Shown here: positions 12,228-25,645 of the stretch, piece after piece | Numbering within the stretch: the first letter of the stretch is position 1 | Layout of the letters: each line of letters starts with the position of its first letter | DNA from: Eledone cirrhosa | Taxonomy: Eukaryota | DNA length: 64,000 nucleotides | Assembly (NCBI GenBank): GCA_964016885.1 | Contig: OZ024745.1 | Location: 98,766,001-98,830,000 of the forward strand | Reading direction: 5' to 3' | Translations under genes and position numbers: made by a program | The notes under the pieces: model-generated | Databases searched by the model: none | What the model was told of the DNA's origin: nothing | What the model saw: the letters and a program-made list of their open reading frames with translations, nothing else

Positions 12228-13842
12228 TGACCGGTACTCCAGCTGTGTTCTTCAGGGTCGTCACCTTCGATCTGTACATTGCCATGTCCCTCTCGCATTT
12301 CTTGAGGCTCTTCTTTTCCTCTGCGGCCTTCAGGAGCTTCTCCATCCGGTATGCCTCAAAGTCTCTCTTCAGTTGTTGATGTATCACTCTGCTGAGAAGG
12401 GAATATTCGAGGTGCTCTTCAGGTGTCCTCTTCATATTCTTCCTCTTCTCAAGCAACTTCATAGTTTCCTCCGAGACTCTTCCTTTCCGCTCCCTTGGGC
12501 ACACACCCTTAGCCTTCTTCAAGCACTCCTTCAGTTTCCTTATCAGTGAGTCGTAGTCAGCATCTATGCCATCTCCTTGACGCCAGTTTTCCTGCATGAT
12601 GGCTTCCTGCAGCTGCGCCTCCTTGAAGGCCCGGACGTGTTCTCCCTTCGACGCCAAATGTTGAATGGCGTTATGACAGAGACGTCCTGCAGTATGCGTC
12701 GCTTGTTGACCAGGATGTAGTTGATCTCGTTTCGGTGCTCAGAATTTGGCGATACCCAGCTCCATCTCTCCTCTAGCGAAAGAGTACAAGATGCCTCTTT
12801 GCATTGCATTCGTAGACTACGAGAAGGCCTTCGACAGCATCGAAATCAACGCAGTGCTGAACTCGCTGCAGAGGCAAGGAGTCGAGGTGCAATACATTCA
12901 ACCGCTCAAGGAGGCGAATTCCGGATGCACCACCGACATAGCTCTGCTGCTGTCATCACCCATATGAGTGGCGGTCGAGAAGGGAGTGAAGCAAGGAAAT
13001 ACGATCTCTCCAAAACTTTTCACCGCGTGTCTCAAGCAGATCATCAGAGGCATTGACTGGCAACATCAACGGTGAGATACTTACCCACCTCTGTTTCGCT
13101 GATGACATCGTACTCATCGCTGAAACCACGGATCAGCTTCAGACCATGCTGACGGAGTTCGACATCAAAAGCTTTGCAGTAGGCCTCAACGTACCAACAA
13201 GTCGAATGGTGGTTGGCGGTGATGAAATAGAGGAAGTGGAGGAATACGTCCGTCTACCTAGGACAAGAAGTGAACATGTGCCGAGACATTGAGGGAGATC
13301 TCGCGGAGAGTAAGGGCCGGATGGAAGGCGTTCAATGGCATAAGGGATGTGCTCAAGGAGAGGTTGGACAAGACCACCCGCGCCAACCTCTTCAATAGCA
13401 CAGTTTTACCTGCATTGTTATATGGCAGTGAAACTTGGGCTACGATGAAGAGAGAAGAGCAGAGGCTGGTAATGGCTCAAAGAGACATGGAGAGATCAAT
13501 GCTAGAAATCTCGTTGAGAGAGCACATCAGGAGCGAAGTCATCAGACAGAAATCTGGCATGAGGGATGTCATCACAAAATATATGCGCAGCAAGTTCAGA
13601 TGGGCTGGACATGTCGCCCGGTTCACCAATAATCGATGGACCAGCGCAGTTGCTGAGTGGTATCCGAGCGAGTGGAAAAGACCACTCGGAAGGCCTCCAT
13701 GAAGGTGGAGTTACGATTTTAGGAATATGATTGGGACTACATAGATGAGGAAAGCACGATCCAGAGAGGAATGGACGGCATGCTGTGACCAGTGGCGCTG
13801 AATGGACACCCAACAGACCGGTCGGTCAAGGTGATCAAGGTG
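12228..13842 (+). mobile_element. RTE LINE, 5'-truncated with 5' inversion
   Basis: 11-bp TSD ATATTTTACAC (12217-27, 13843-53); + strand RT motifs FVDYEKAFDSI, FADDIVL, LLYGSETW, KFRWAGHVAR, RPLGRPP; - strand endonuclease/linker part 12228-12772; CAAGGTGAT tail. Confidence 0.9.
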
Positions 13843-14654
13843 ATATTTTACACCTTGATACCAACCCTTATTTTTAAGTACTGTACTCCTTTTTGCACAT
13901 CGAAACATTGAGCTATGGAACACATAAACAAATCTCACAGCCCAAATAGTGTCAAGTGAAGAAACACATGGGACTGACTACACACATATACATCATCATC
14001 ATCTTATGCCCACTTTCTATGCTAGCAAGGGTTGGATGGGTTATTGTGGTCCAGAACCAGATGGACCTCATCTTTTTCATATGTTCCACATTTAGCATGG
14101 TTTCAACAACTGGATACCCTTCCTAACAGGCACCAGCACTATCACTTTATAGACTGCACTAGATGTATATATATCATCATCATCATTACCATTTTATGTT
14201 AATTTTCAATGCTTGCATATTTTAGAGGGTCGTTTCTTATTTGGAGTTATGCCCTTCTAGTCAGCTGAGGTTGTCCTGTCCTCAACAAGACTAGATTGGA
14301 GTAAGTTTAAAATTAAAAAAAAGAACACTCTGGTGATGTTAGGAAGGACATCCAGCCATAGAAATCATGACAAAAATTGGAATGTACAAGTGAGACATTG
14401 TCCTCTGACCTGTTTAGAAGGGCAGTAACTCTGAATAAGAGCTGACTCAGGCCATAATAACCCATCCACTGTCCAGCCCATACCAGCATGGAAAGCAGAT
14501 GTAACATGATTTTAACGATAATTCAAAACTCCTTAAAATCACTGCTGTGATTACTCTGACTTTCACACTTCACTAACTCTTATGTCAATTTACACTTCAT
14601 ACACAATATTTCATTTAACTCTCAACATTCTGTAATGATTCATCCGAAAATATC

Positions 14655-14687
<33 letters not shown>

Positions 14688-14880
14688 TTGTTTAAGTGCT
14701 TATAGTATATTTATTAGTAGACAGAGCATAATGAAAATTTGCAGTAAATTTTTATGTGAAGCAGTGACAGTTCTGTTTTGCATTTTTAAAGAGAGTTTTG
14801 CTAATGCATTTTCATGATTTATAGTTTTATAGATTTTACTTATGAATTGTGATGACGTAATTATTTCTCTTATATTGTAG

Positions 14881-16121
14881 AACCAAAAGAGGGTGAAAAA
14901 AGTGATGATGCATTATCTAGTGAAACTCCTGAGTTCTACAGCTCATCGGACTCACCGTTGTCTGTAAGTTATGCTATGGCTGAGGAAATCCGAGCCAATG
15001 CTGATGATCAGGTAAGCCGTCCATGTAATAGTGTCCAGAGTTTGCCAGAAGAGTCAATGACGGACATTCTGCATGCTGAAAGCTCAGTAGAAATCCTTGG
15101 AAGCAAAACACCATCTAAAGAGGACAGGGACAATATGATATCAGGTGTTGATAAAAAGAGCTCAGACACCAAAGCAGCGAAGCAAATCAGTCATGATGTT
15201 CCATCAGAGAATGTTGGTGATGTTGAAGATAAAATAACCCCAGAGGATACTGTAGAGGGCACAGAGGGGATTGAAAAGAAAGATTTAGCAGAAACATCTG
15301 AAGCAGCTGAAGCAACAAGCATCTCACCTGAAGCAGCTCAAGCAACAGACAAATCACCTGAAGCAGCTCCAGCAACAAGCAAATCACCTGAAGCAACTGA
15401 AGCAACAAGCAGATCACCTGAAGCAACAAGCAAATCACCTGAAGCAACAAGCAAATCACCTGAAGCAACTGAAGCTGCAAGCAAATCACCTGAAGCAACA
15501 AGCAAATCACCTGAAGCAACTGAAGCAACAAGCAAATCACCTGAAGCAACTGAAGCTGCAAACAAATCACCTGAAGCAACTGAAGCTGCAAGCAAATCAC
15601 CTGAAGCAACTGAAGCCACAAGCAAATCACCTGAAGCAACAAGCAAATCACCCGAAGCAACAAGCAGATCACCTGAAGCAACAAGCAAATCACCTGAAAC
15701 AGCTGAAGCAACAAGCAGATCACCTGAAGCAACAAGCAAATCACCTGAAGCAACAAACAAATCACCTGAAACAGCTGAAGCAACAAGCAGATCACCTGAA
15801 GCAACAAGCAAATCACCTGAAGCAACAAACAAATCACCTGAAACAGCTGAAGCAACAAGCAGATCACCTGAAGCAACAAGCAAATCACCTGAAGCAACAA
15901 GCAAATCACCTGAAGCAACAAACAAATCACCTGAAACAGCTGAAGCAACAAACAAATCACCTGAAGCAACAAGCAAATCACCTGAAGCAACAAGCAAATC
16001 ACCTGAAGCAACAAGCAGATCACCTGAAGCAGCTGAAGAAACAAGTAAATTGCCTGAAGCAACTGAAGAAACAAGTAAATCAACTGAAAATGTAGAGAAC
16101 TCAGAACCCACAGAAAATTAA
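14881..16121 (+). CDS. NME8: NME8-like terminal exon: acidic low-complexity region plus [K/R]SPEATS tandem-repeat tail
   Basis: ttgtag acceptor 14879-80; phase 1 from previous exon puts it in the frame of ORF 14958-16121; TAA 16119-21 overlapped by AATAAA 16120-25, second AATAAA 16180-85. Confidence 0.75.
15298..16090 (+). repeat. Coding minisatellite, 21- and 30-nt units (tcacctgaagcaacaagcaaa)
   Basis: About 29 SPE units of 7 or 10 aa, with a 72-nt higher-order unit around 15690-15900. Confidence 0.95.
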
Positions 16122-16709
16122 TAAATAATGATATGTATTGATCATTGAAAGTTCTGTGTTTTTGTAGTCAGGATTACTGAATAAATGTTGATGATTCTCT
16201 TAATATCCAGCTTTCGTCTTTCTTCCTCTGTCCCAAAACGGGGACATATGTGAGATCCGTCTCCTTCCGCATCTGGGAAGTTAGGGGCTCTACTGTAGGC
16301 AACCTTTCTAGAAGTGTAGTAATTCCAAATAAGAGTTGATAGAACTCTTTAGTTCCATCACAAGCAATCTCTCTGATGCTGGGAACATAATAAAATGCAC
16401 TCAGTTCATGCTGTAAAGTGGTAGGTGAGAGGAAGAGTATCCAGCCATGAGAAAAATAAAAGAAAACCATGGCATACACAACAAAGCAAGTTGTTTTTCT
16501 CTGTAGCTGCCTGTGTCATGATGATGGAGCACAAAAAGTGGTGAAACACTGTGAGGACCTGATCAACACATGACAAGCAGTGAGACACTATGAGACCTGT
16601 TCACACCCTGGGCATGACAACCTTCCTAGTGTTTGTGACATGATAAGACACACCCAGTACACTCTGATTAGGAACTGACTTGGTCTGTGATGACCTATCC
16701 AACCATTGC

Positions 16710-17891
16710 AAGATATTCTCAGAAGAATTTATGAGCCTCCAAGAAACAGTAGCATATACACATATTTTCTTGTTTTATTTTTCAACATAGCCTCCCTTTG
16801 GGTCCATACACTTCTTCCATCAGTGCTGAAGTGCCTGAATTCCACTGAAGTAGAGCTCCTTAGTTTGGTCCTTCAGGTAGGTGTCCACAACATCTATAAC
16901 GCCATCCTTTTTCATGTTTGGGAACAGGTAGAATTCTGAGGGAGAGTATGGAACCCAGTCACAGATTGTTGCAACTGCCACCACCAAGGTGTGGGCAGGA
17001 GCATTGTCATGATAGAACAAGACCCTTTTCATCAATAATCTTGATGTTCCTGTGCAGACATTTAAGCAGGTCGGCATAATATTGTCTGATGGTGTGACCC
17101 TTTTGGAGATAATCCAATAACAACACTCCTTGTGCATCCCAGAAAATGGTAGCCATGACCATCCCTGCTGAAGGTGTGACTATGGCCTTCTTTGGGGTGG
17201 GTGAGGATAGGGGCTAACACTATTTAGACTGCTCTTTTGTTTCAGGTTGGTAGTGATGGACTCATATCTCATCCAGGAAATCTGGATTAGCATCAAAAAG
17301 TTTCAAATTGTTGGAGGACATTGTGCGACAAGTGCGCTTCTGTTCTTCACTCAAAAGACATGGAACCCAGTATGCAGACACCTTTCTCAAACCCAGCTCA
17401 TTTGTCAGAATATCATTGGCTCACTCCCGGGAGATGCCTAACATGTTTGCTATCTGACGAGATGACAGTCATCGATCCTCCATAACCAAACCAAAGACAA
17501 GGTCAGTGTTCTCTGGTGTGGTCACTGTTGATGGCCTCCCAGACGTCAGGTCATCTTCCACACCTTCCATGCCATGCTTGAATTCATTGACCCAGCATGT
17601 GATGGGGCATCTTCCCCTAATGTGTCTTGCATGTCCTTATGGATCTCAGCTGGGGTCATGTTTTTCAACTGCAGATAATTTAACACTGCTCAATACTCAA
17701 GTTTTTCCAGTTTTCATAAAACTCCTGAGTACATCAACTTTAAGAATCTGCAAAAAGAAATGCAAAAGTGCTTAAAGCATGAAACCTGGCTAGCACTGTA
17801 AGAACATGCCACAGATTTCACAGACAAAATTGCAATTGCATATTTATTTATTTTCTGTGTGAGGCTTAAAACTTTTCAGTCACCCCTCATA
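16710..17891 (-). mobile_element. Tc1/mariner transposon relic
   Basis: Minus strand HDNAPAHT, PYSP, FYLFPNMKK, YFSGIQAL mariner motifs; right end gaggggtgactgaaaagttt TIR next to TA; left TIR degenerate so boundary approximate. Confidence 0.78.
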
Positions 17892-18792
17892 TACTGTTCC
17901 TTGGCTTTGGAAGTCTAAATGAAATATTTCTCCTACAATATATCGACAGATCTATTACTATGGCAATATTGATGGTAGTCAAAAAGAAATTAAAACAATC
18001 GGAATAAAAATAAAGTCCTAACTGTAAGAGCTGTAATTTTTTCATGGTTTAAGTGTGTTCATGCCAAGCAACACCAACTGTATGTAATATTGACATGATA
18101 GGTATGTCAGTTATAATGTTGTAGCTTTAGTCAAAACAATACCACCTGTATCATAATGTGGTCAGTAGCTACCGCCAACTCCTGACTTATTTATTCAGAG
18201 ATGTTCAACAAAGCCCTTTTCTTCACATAATTGTGTGTGTAATCAGATTGAAACTGTTTTGTGAAGGTTTTTTACTTTGCTGCAGTGTGGAGCTGATGAG
18301 CTATCTGGATTTTTACTTTGCCATTGTGAAGAACTGATGAGCTATCTGGCTCTCTACTCTCATAGGGATGTACTGAGGAGCTACCTGGCTCTCTAGTCTG
18401 TTATAATGATTAGCCGATGAGCTACCTCACATCATAGTGAGATGATGAGCTCCTGGCTGTCAGCAACAAGATAGCTTTCCCTTGCTGCTGTACTGACATC
18501 TGACTTGTAGTAACTGCACTTTAGTTGATCCAAAGCCATACAAGTATAATTTCATGCCATAAACCAATGGTCTCTGTTCTAGTTGGTGGTAATAATTGAT
18601 ATACTGTGCTCCAAGGTTAACAGGCAAAAAATTAATGACTGCATCTTTTCCTAGGGTCAACCACAAGGATATATGTTGTGTAACCATAAGCTAGCCCTGA
18701 CTAACAAGACCTATTGAATGCAAGTAATGGGCCAAATGACTAGGTGCTATATATGGATCTATTATTTCAAATATACTCTGCTAGACACCAGT

Positions 18793-18823
<31 letters not shown>

Positions 18824-18969
18824 GGGGGGCGGCGGCGGCTTCTTGCAGGATTAAAGCGCCTCTCTGCCACAATTCGTTATAATTCAGATTAGCTACTCTC
18901 CTAGATAATGTGGCACTTTGCATAGAAACAAACACCATATTTAAATAAGATATTATGTTTGCAAATAAG

Positions 18970-19372
18970 GGTTTCTAATTTAGGCACAAAGCCAGCAATT
19001 TGAGAAGAGGGGAAAGTTAATATTAACCCTGATACTTTATTTTATCGACTTTGGATGGAGGAAAAGCAAAGCTGACCTTTGAACTCAGAAAGTAGAACCA
19101 TAACCAAATGTTACAAAGCATTTTGTTCGGCACTGTAATGATTCTGCCAATCCTTATGTTTGAAAATAATAATTTATAATTTAGGCACAAGATCAGCAAT
19201 TTGTGAGGAGGGGAAGGTTGATATAACTGACTCCAGTACCTTAGTGGTACTTTATTTCATCAACCTCAAAAGAATGAAAGGCAAAGTTGACAGTAGTGGA
19301 ATTTGAACTTAGAACATAAGGAGTTTGACCAAATACTGCTAAGTATTTGTCTCTGATTTTGCCAATCCAATG
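18970..19372 (-). mobile_element. Two tandem diverged tRNA-derived SINEs
   Basis: Reverse complements of the family at 4711-4930. Confidence 0.65.
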
Positions 19373-20592
19373 CCTTTATGTTTGTAAATAATGCTAACCA
19401 ATGTACACAGCTCACCTTCCAATCTCATTAGAACTATTTTCTTTGCCATAGTTCCTTTTTAACTTCTCACACAACCCGACAAAGCCCTGTATAAACCATA
19501 TGTAATTCTTTGCCATAGTTCCTTTTTAACTTCTAACTCACATGATCCCACAAAGCTCTGTATAAAACATGTGACCACACCATAAAATTTGGAGGGATTT
19601 ATGGAAATTAGTTCTCTCTTCTATTTTTTAACAATCAGGTGATAAAGATGTTAATATTTTGGGTAATTAATATGGTTTTGTAGCTATAGATATGATAAAA
19701 TGATGAGAGAGATATCTAAAGTAAATTGATGTCAGCAAGACACACAGAAAATTACAAAAGGAAACAGCCATGTAGTAAGGTCTCTTTAGTTTTCTTCCCA
19801 TTCAAATGACTGAAGCAGTTGACAACAACAGAATAAGATTAATTTCATAATTTTATTGGACATCAGATGTAATAAAATAAGTCCAGCAAATTTCATAGTA
19901 CACATGACAAAATTGCTAAAATATGTCCAAAATAAGAGAACTTAACAGTTGTTTAAAAAAAAAACAAAAATAAAAAAAACCAAAACAATGACTGGGGATG
20001 ACAGTCAGATAAAAAGGAGCTAATAGTTAACTTAATGCTGATGTATGTAGCCCACCCTGGAATATAAAGATTAAGAAAATGGTGGGGAGGAAGGAGAGAA
20101 AAAATAATGATAATAAATAAATAAAATATTCACAAAGCATAAAGCTGTAACTAAAGACATTGAGAATCATGTTGTTACTGATTCTGCTGTTAATTTTGGT
20201 ACTGAAAACAATTGGCATGATGGAGAGGAGGGATGTAGTGAGTGAGAGATAGAGGAGAGAAATGAAAAGGTAAGTAGAGAGAGAGAGAAAGGGAGCGTTT
20301 GTATGCGACATGTGGGGAGAAGTAGAAGTGGCAGTGGGTAAGAGACAGGTAATGTTTTAGAAGCAGATTTGGTGATAAGAGAGAAAGGTGAAACACAATT
20401 GGCAGAGATCCAATGTAATCAATTTGGAAACTGAAGGATAAATCTAACAAATCAAGATACATCTCATATTTTCTCTTCATATTGCACATAATTCTACATT
20501 AAAGTAAATAGTATTCGGAGAAGATACACACCTAAGTATATAAATGCATATATAAATGATTTCTCAATATAATGTGTGTATATTTCTCAAAT

Positions 20593-20772
20593 AACTGTTT
20601 CTACTTTGGGCACAAGGCCAGCAATTACCCCAGTGCATTACTGGTGCTTCATTTTATCGACCCCATAAGGATGAAAGGCAAAGCTAACCTCAGTAGGATT
20701 TGATCCCAGAACATAAAGGGCCATAACTGTATGTTGCCTGACACTCTACCGATACTGCCAATCCACCACCCT
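20593..20772 (-). mobile_element. tRNA-derived SINE
   Basis: Reverse complement of 8661-8845 family. Confidence 0.8.
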
Positions 20773-20789
20773 CAAATAATATATATACA

Positions 20790-20839
<50 letters not shown>

Positions 20840-23800
20840 GATTAGCTGTTTAAAAAAGTGGGTGAATCTTGACTAGCTCTTCTATTCAACACTCAGCTGA
20901 CGTAGTCCCTCATCCCTATTATTTAAGGGATGGCAATACTCTGAATAATAAAGGGTTAAAAGAAGCATGCAGTTGAAGGGATGTGTGAAACCATAGCAGC
21001 ACACATTGGTGGCTGGTTATAGATCACTTGTGTAATGTAAACAATCAGTAATTAGAAAATCTAAGCTAATTAACTGTCACAGGCAACTGCTTCTTTGTGC
21101 ACCAAATACAGCATATATCTTTGTTGTGGTATAATTTATTTTGACATTATGAGTTTACACATTTTGACATCCTATATATGAGTATTTTCTCTATGTGTGT
21201 GTGTGTATACATGCATTCATAATGTGCAGAAACATTCATAAATGCAGTTACATAGTCCTTCAATTTTACATGCAAGGTTAAAGGCACAACTAAAGTTGAT
21301 TTTTGTTTTATTAAAACAAGTATTAGTTAAATTAATTTACATGATTAGCAATGTGATAGGGATCACATATTTTATCAATTTAATAAAAAAAATTTATCTG
21401 AAAATCCAGGTTAGAAAAAAATAAAAATAAAAACCCAACCTAAAAGTAAAAAAAAAAACTATGAAGACACAAGAACTGCCACTGTGGAAACTTACAGTTG
21501 TGTCTTCAACCATATTTATGTAAGTGTGAGCAAATTCTAGCTAAGTCAGTTTCCAAAATACTAATTGGTACTCAATAATTCAGTGTTGAACTTAATGGTG
21601 ATAGAGAGAAAGACAATAAATGTTTTTAAATGATTAACTGCACACATACTATATAGTAAGATGACAATGTAAACTGCTATAGCTACGTTGATTATATGGT
21701 AAATACTATTTCTCAACTGACCATTGAAGTTAAGCATAGCAGCACAGATGTTCTGTACAATTATGTCAAAGGTTAAAGTAAGGGAGTTGGGGAGAGGAAG
21801 GGGGAGGAGGAGTAAAAAAACTGGCAGGAAATTCTTAAAGACAAAATCAGAATGTTGTAAAATTATTTGCAGAAACATTAAATTGGAATTGTTGACATGA
21901 AAAATTGGCAAAGTTATTAAAATAGTATTTCTACAGTTATTACCTTGTATGAGAAGCCAAATATAAAACTAAAACTGGGTCTAAGAGAATCCATTGAGTA
22001 TATATTAGACCACCCTAAACATGTCTTATAGTTTCACTCACTGTCAATTAAATGAAACCAGTTTTCTGATCTATTTATTGAATTTTTGTTAATCTTACTA
22101 AGGAATATTGGTGTGTATGTGTGAAGGGGTGGGTGGGTCATACAGTAATTTGCACATTCAACCAACAATCTTCAGCATTCTAAATCTTTTGGTTCACCCA
22201 CCAATTTCAGATGCATGTGAAATTTATTGACCATTCAAGTCACCAAATTCTCATTTAAAATTAGTGTTGCTTAACTTTTGAGATCAGCTAAATTTTGGTT
22301 TTCAATAAAAATTATAAAAATAGTTATATTTTTTTTTTTTGTTAGACAAAAAGAAGTTAGTACAAAAGAAAGAAAGTAAAGTAGTTGGTACAAAAGAGAA
22401 AAGAAACAGCCTCCAATTATAGCAATGTTACACACATGCCAAAAAACAGTACTTAGGAATATATAGTAGCAATACAAATTTGACTGTTTTTTTGGGGGGT
22501 TTTGTTCTTATTTTATTTATCTCTCCCCAATATCTTACATCCATTAGTTGGTATGAAGCATATTCTTCCTGTTCTCACATCTCTGTGTTTAGAGACTTTC
22601 TAAAAGGAAAGAAGAGCATGATAAGGTTACTTATCAGTATAAGAGAAAGAAAGCTTTTATAGATTATACAAGAGATGTATAAGAATTATTCAGTGTATTA
22701 TCATCTTCTTCAGAAGCAAATTGATATCTGTCAGTCAGTGAGATACATGCTTTGTAGCAGCAAGCAGTATATACCACATGATACACATGCTTCATTAAAA
22801 TAAAACTCTAAAAGTTACTGGAAATAAACTCAGTAATTTTGAGCTTAACTTTCACAACAGGTTTGAGATAAGTATATAGAAATTGTTGGGGGTAACTGTC
22901 TGTTTGTTCTATAATACAATTTCATATAACTTCCTGAGAAAAGAAGCAAATGAAACACAGTGTAAGATAAATTTATAAGTCAGTAGAACTGGTGATACTT
23001 GAGTTACTATGAGTTAAAATGCTCAAAATTGAACCCAAGATTGTTAATATGTAAAAACGTGTTTTAAAAAAATCTCATACTAGTAGCAGTTGATTGAAGT
23101 AAAAGTTGAAATGTTTACAAGGTTTATTACTTATAATTTCTACAATCAAATAGATATAGTAATTTGTTGATCATGATAATTACACAATATATTGACATAT
23201 ACATGGGCACCAACATGTTTCAGAGTCCTGAAAAGATGTTCCCTCAGTCAATAATGAGTTTTGTAGGTACATGTTTACATGTGATTGATATATGCTGTAC
23301 AGAACGGAGAAGCTTAAACATCCTTATAAAACTAAAGTAAAAGGTCCAAGAATGTTTCAGCAGCATTTTTTTTTGTTATACTTTTAGGTTATTCTGTTTG
23401 TATTGAAATAACTAAAACTTTAGTGCAATACCTTATAAAATCATCGTATACATAGACTGATTCGATAGCATAGATATATATGCATGTGCACACAGACACT
23501 CATCACATGCATACAAGTACATACATCCATGTATACTAACATATGTCTTCACGCAGACAAAGCAAACAAGCCATTTTGACAACTTCTTCAGTTGTTAAAC
23601 CCACCTATTACAACATATGAATTTAGAATATCTCAATAACTAGTGAGGACAAGAACTTTTTATTAAAATATGGAGTTAAATAAGAGAACCACAGACGAAA
23701 AGTTGCAGCCAATATAAATATATGGACAGTTAGAAAATTGAAATTTCTAAGCAATGAAGGGAACAGATTTAAATAGAATTCTTTATCACAGTCCTGAAAT

Positions 23801-24932
23801 GAATAAGATAATTTATTAGAATTAAGAAAGCAGAAATGAAAACCAAAAAGCTCAATCCACCAATTCCTAAACACAATAGAAAGTCAACCTCAAATAGTAT
23901 GAGATATTGCTCTAGAGAGAGAGATGTTTATATATTAAACAACATATGAACCAGATCCTGTAAGCCAAAGATGCTGATTTTATTAATAGTTCTGAAGTAT
24001 TTAAATATGTTCATCCAATGTTTATAATGACAATTAGCCAAAGTTGGTCAGTAGTTTGAGGAGAGGTAAGTATAAGAAACCATTTGAATAGTGAAAATAA
24101 AATGGGAGATATTTGGAAAACTGGGCAGTTCCTTAGCAATAAAAAAAAAAAAAAAAAAACTATGAAAATGGAATATAAAGTCAGAAATATAACATAATAT
24201 AGAGACTGGAATCTACCAAACGTCTCCTTGTGTGTTAACAGCACAAAACAGAGTAAAGAAGCAACAGTTGATAGACCTCAGCTGTACTCAGTGTCAGACA
24301 TAGCTCATGACTACAAGATATCTAGGAAGACTGGAGCAATGAAGAGAGGTAGCAAAGGGAGAGCTGAAATTTCACTTCTTTTGTATTTCAAACATAAGAT
24401 AGATGTGTTCTTCACAAAACTGGGATGTCAGAGAGTACAGGGTAAGTGAACATGGTGTCAGACAATTGCACATGAACAAATAAAATACAATGTTTGTTGT
24501 AAAGAAGAGAAGTTAAAATGGAATGCCTCAAGGTCAATGACTATATGGTGTAATAAAGATAAGTCTAATATAGATTTCAGTGTGTAATATAACTGAAGAT
24601 AGTAAAGATTGTTGTATGTAGTATATCTGGAAGTAGTATGGACTATAGTGTGTGAAGGAGATGAAGTGAGTATGTTCTATAATGTAATAGAGATGACAGT
24701 ATGGACTGTAGTGAAGTAGAGGTAGTATAAATTGTAGTGTTTGGTGTAGCTGAAAGTATTATGAAGTGCAGTGTGAGGAGTGGTGTAAACTATGAGTAGC
24801 AGGAAATGTAGTATATAGTGCAGCTGGAAACACTAACTAGAGAACCTAAAACTGTATCAAATATAGGAGCATACCATATTCTAGTTTATAAAGTAAGATC
24901 TAGATACATAGAACCAAACATTTATATCAAAA

Positions 24933-25118
24933 TAATTGTTTCTACTTTTGGCACAAGGCCAACATTTACCCCAGAGCATTACTGGTACTTTATTTTATCG
25001 ACCCTTTAAGGATGAAAGGCAAAGTTAACCTCAGCAGGATTTCAACTCGGAACGCAGAGGGTCATAACTCTATGCTGCAAAGCATGGTGTCTGACACTCT
25101 ACCAATATTGCTAATCCA
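24933..25118 (-). mobile_element. tRNA-derived SINE
   Basis: Reverse complement of 8661-8845 family. Confidence 0.8.
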
Positions 25119-25470
25119 AAATAATATTCACAAACTCTAACTAGATGGCAGTTTTTGCATGAAAACTAACAAAACAATCTCTGATGGTCATCACTACCAC
25201 CATCAATATCTTACCCATTTTTACATGTTTTCTAATGAGGCACACACTGGGACACAGCAAGGAAAAGAAACTGAACAGAAAACACACACACACACAGTGT
25301 TAGCTGCTTATTATAACCATAGATGCTATACAATGGTTACAGTAATGGAAATTAGTCAGTCTGAAATATGGTCAAGATATCAAGTCCCTTGCTTAATGTT
25401 AACCAATTATTGTTAATCTAAAAGATTGGTCTAAAGTGATCACAATAAGTGGCTTCCACTGTAAGTGCAA

Positions 25471-25502
<32 letters not shown>

Positions 25503-25645
25503 TCCAGAAATAGCCATCGAAATGGCTTGAGCTCTGCCATCAGGGTTAAACATTTTCCTATATATATATATATATATATAGAGGCAGTACATTGGAAGGT
25601 AATATCCGTAGTGGTAGAGCACTCAGTCCATGGGACGAGTTAGGT

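Noticed and set aside
11398-12549. 383-aa + strand ORF and overlapping 202-aa ORF
   Set aside because: Antisense read-through of two LINE fragments and a 36-bp array; no domain or splice support
15187-16111. Long minus-strand ORFs (LLLQVIC and VASGDLL repeats)
   Set aside because: Antisense shadows of the stop-free coding repeat; the + frame is supported by splice phase
18807-18830. Poly-G run as a G-quadruplex element
   Set aside because: Simple homopolymer after a (GT)n tract; no functional context and length unreliable
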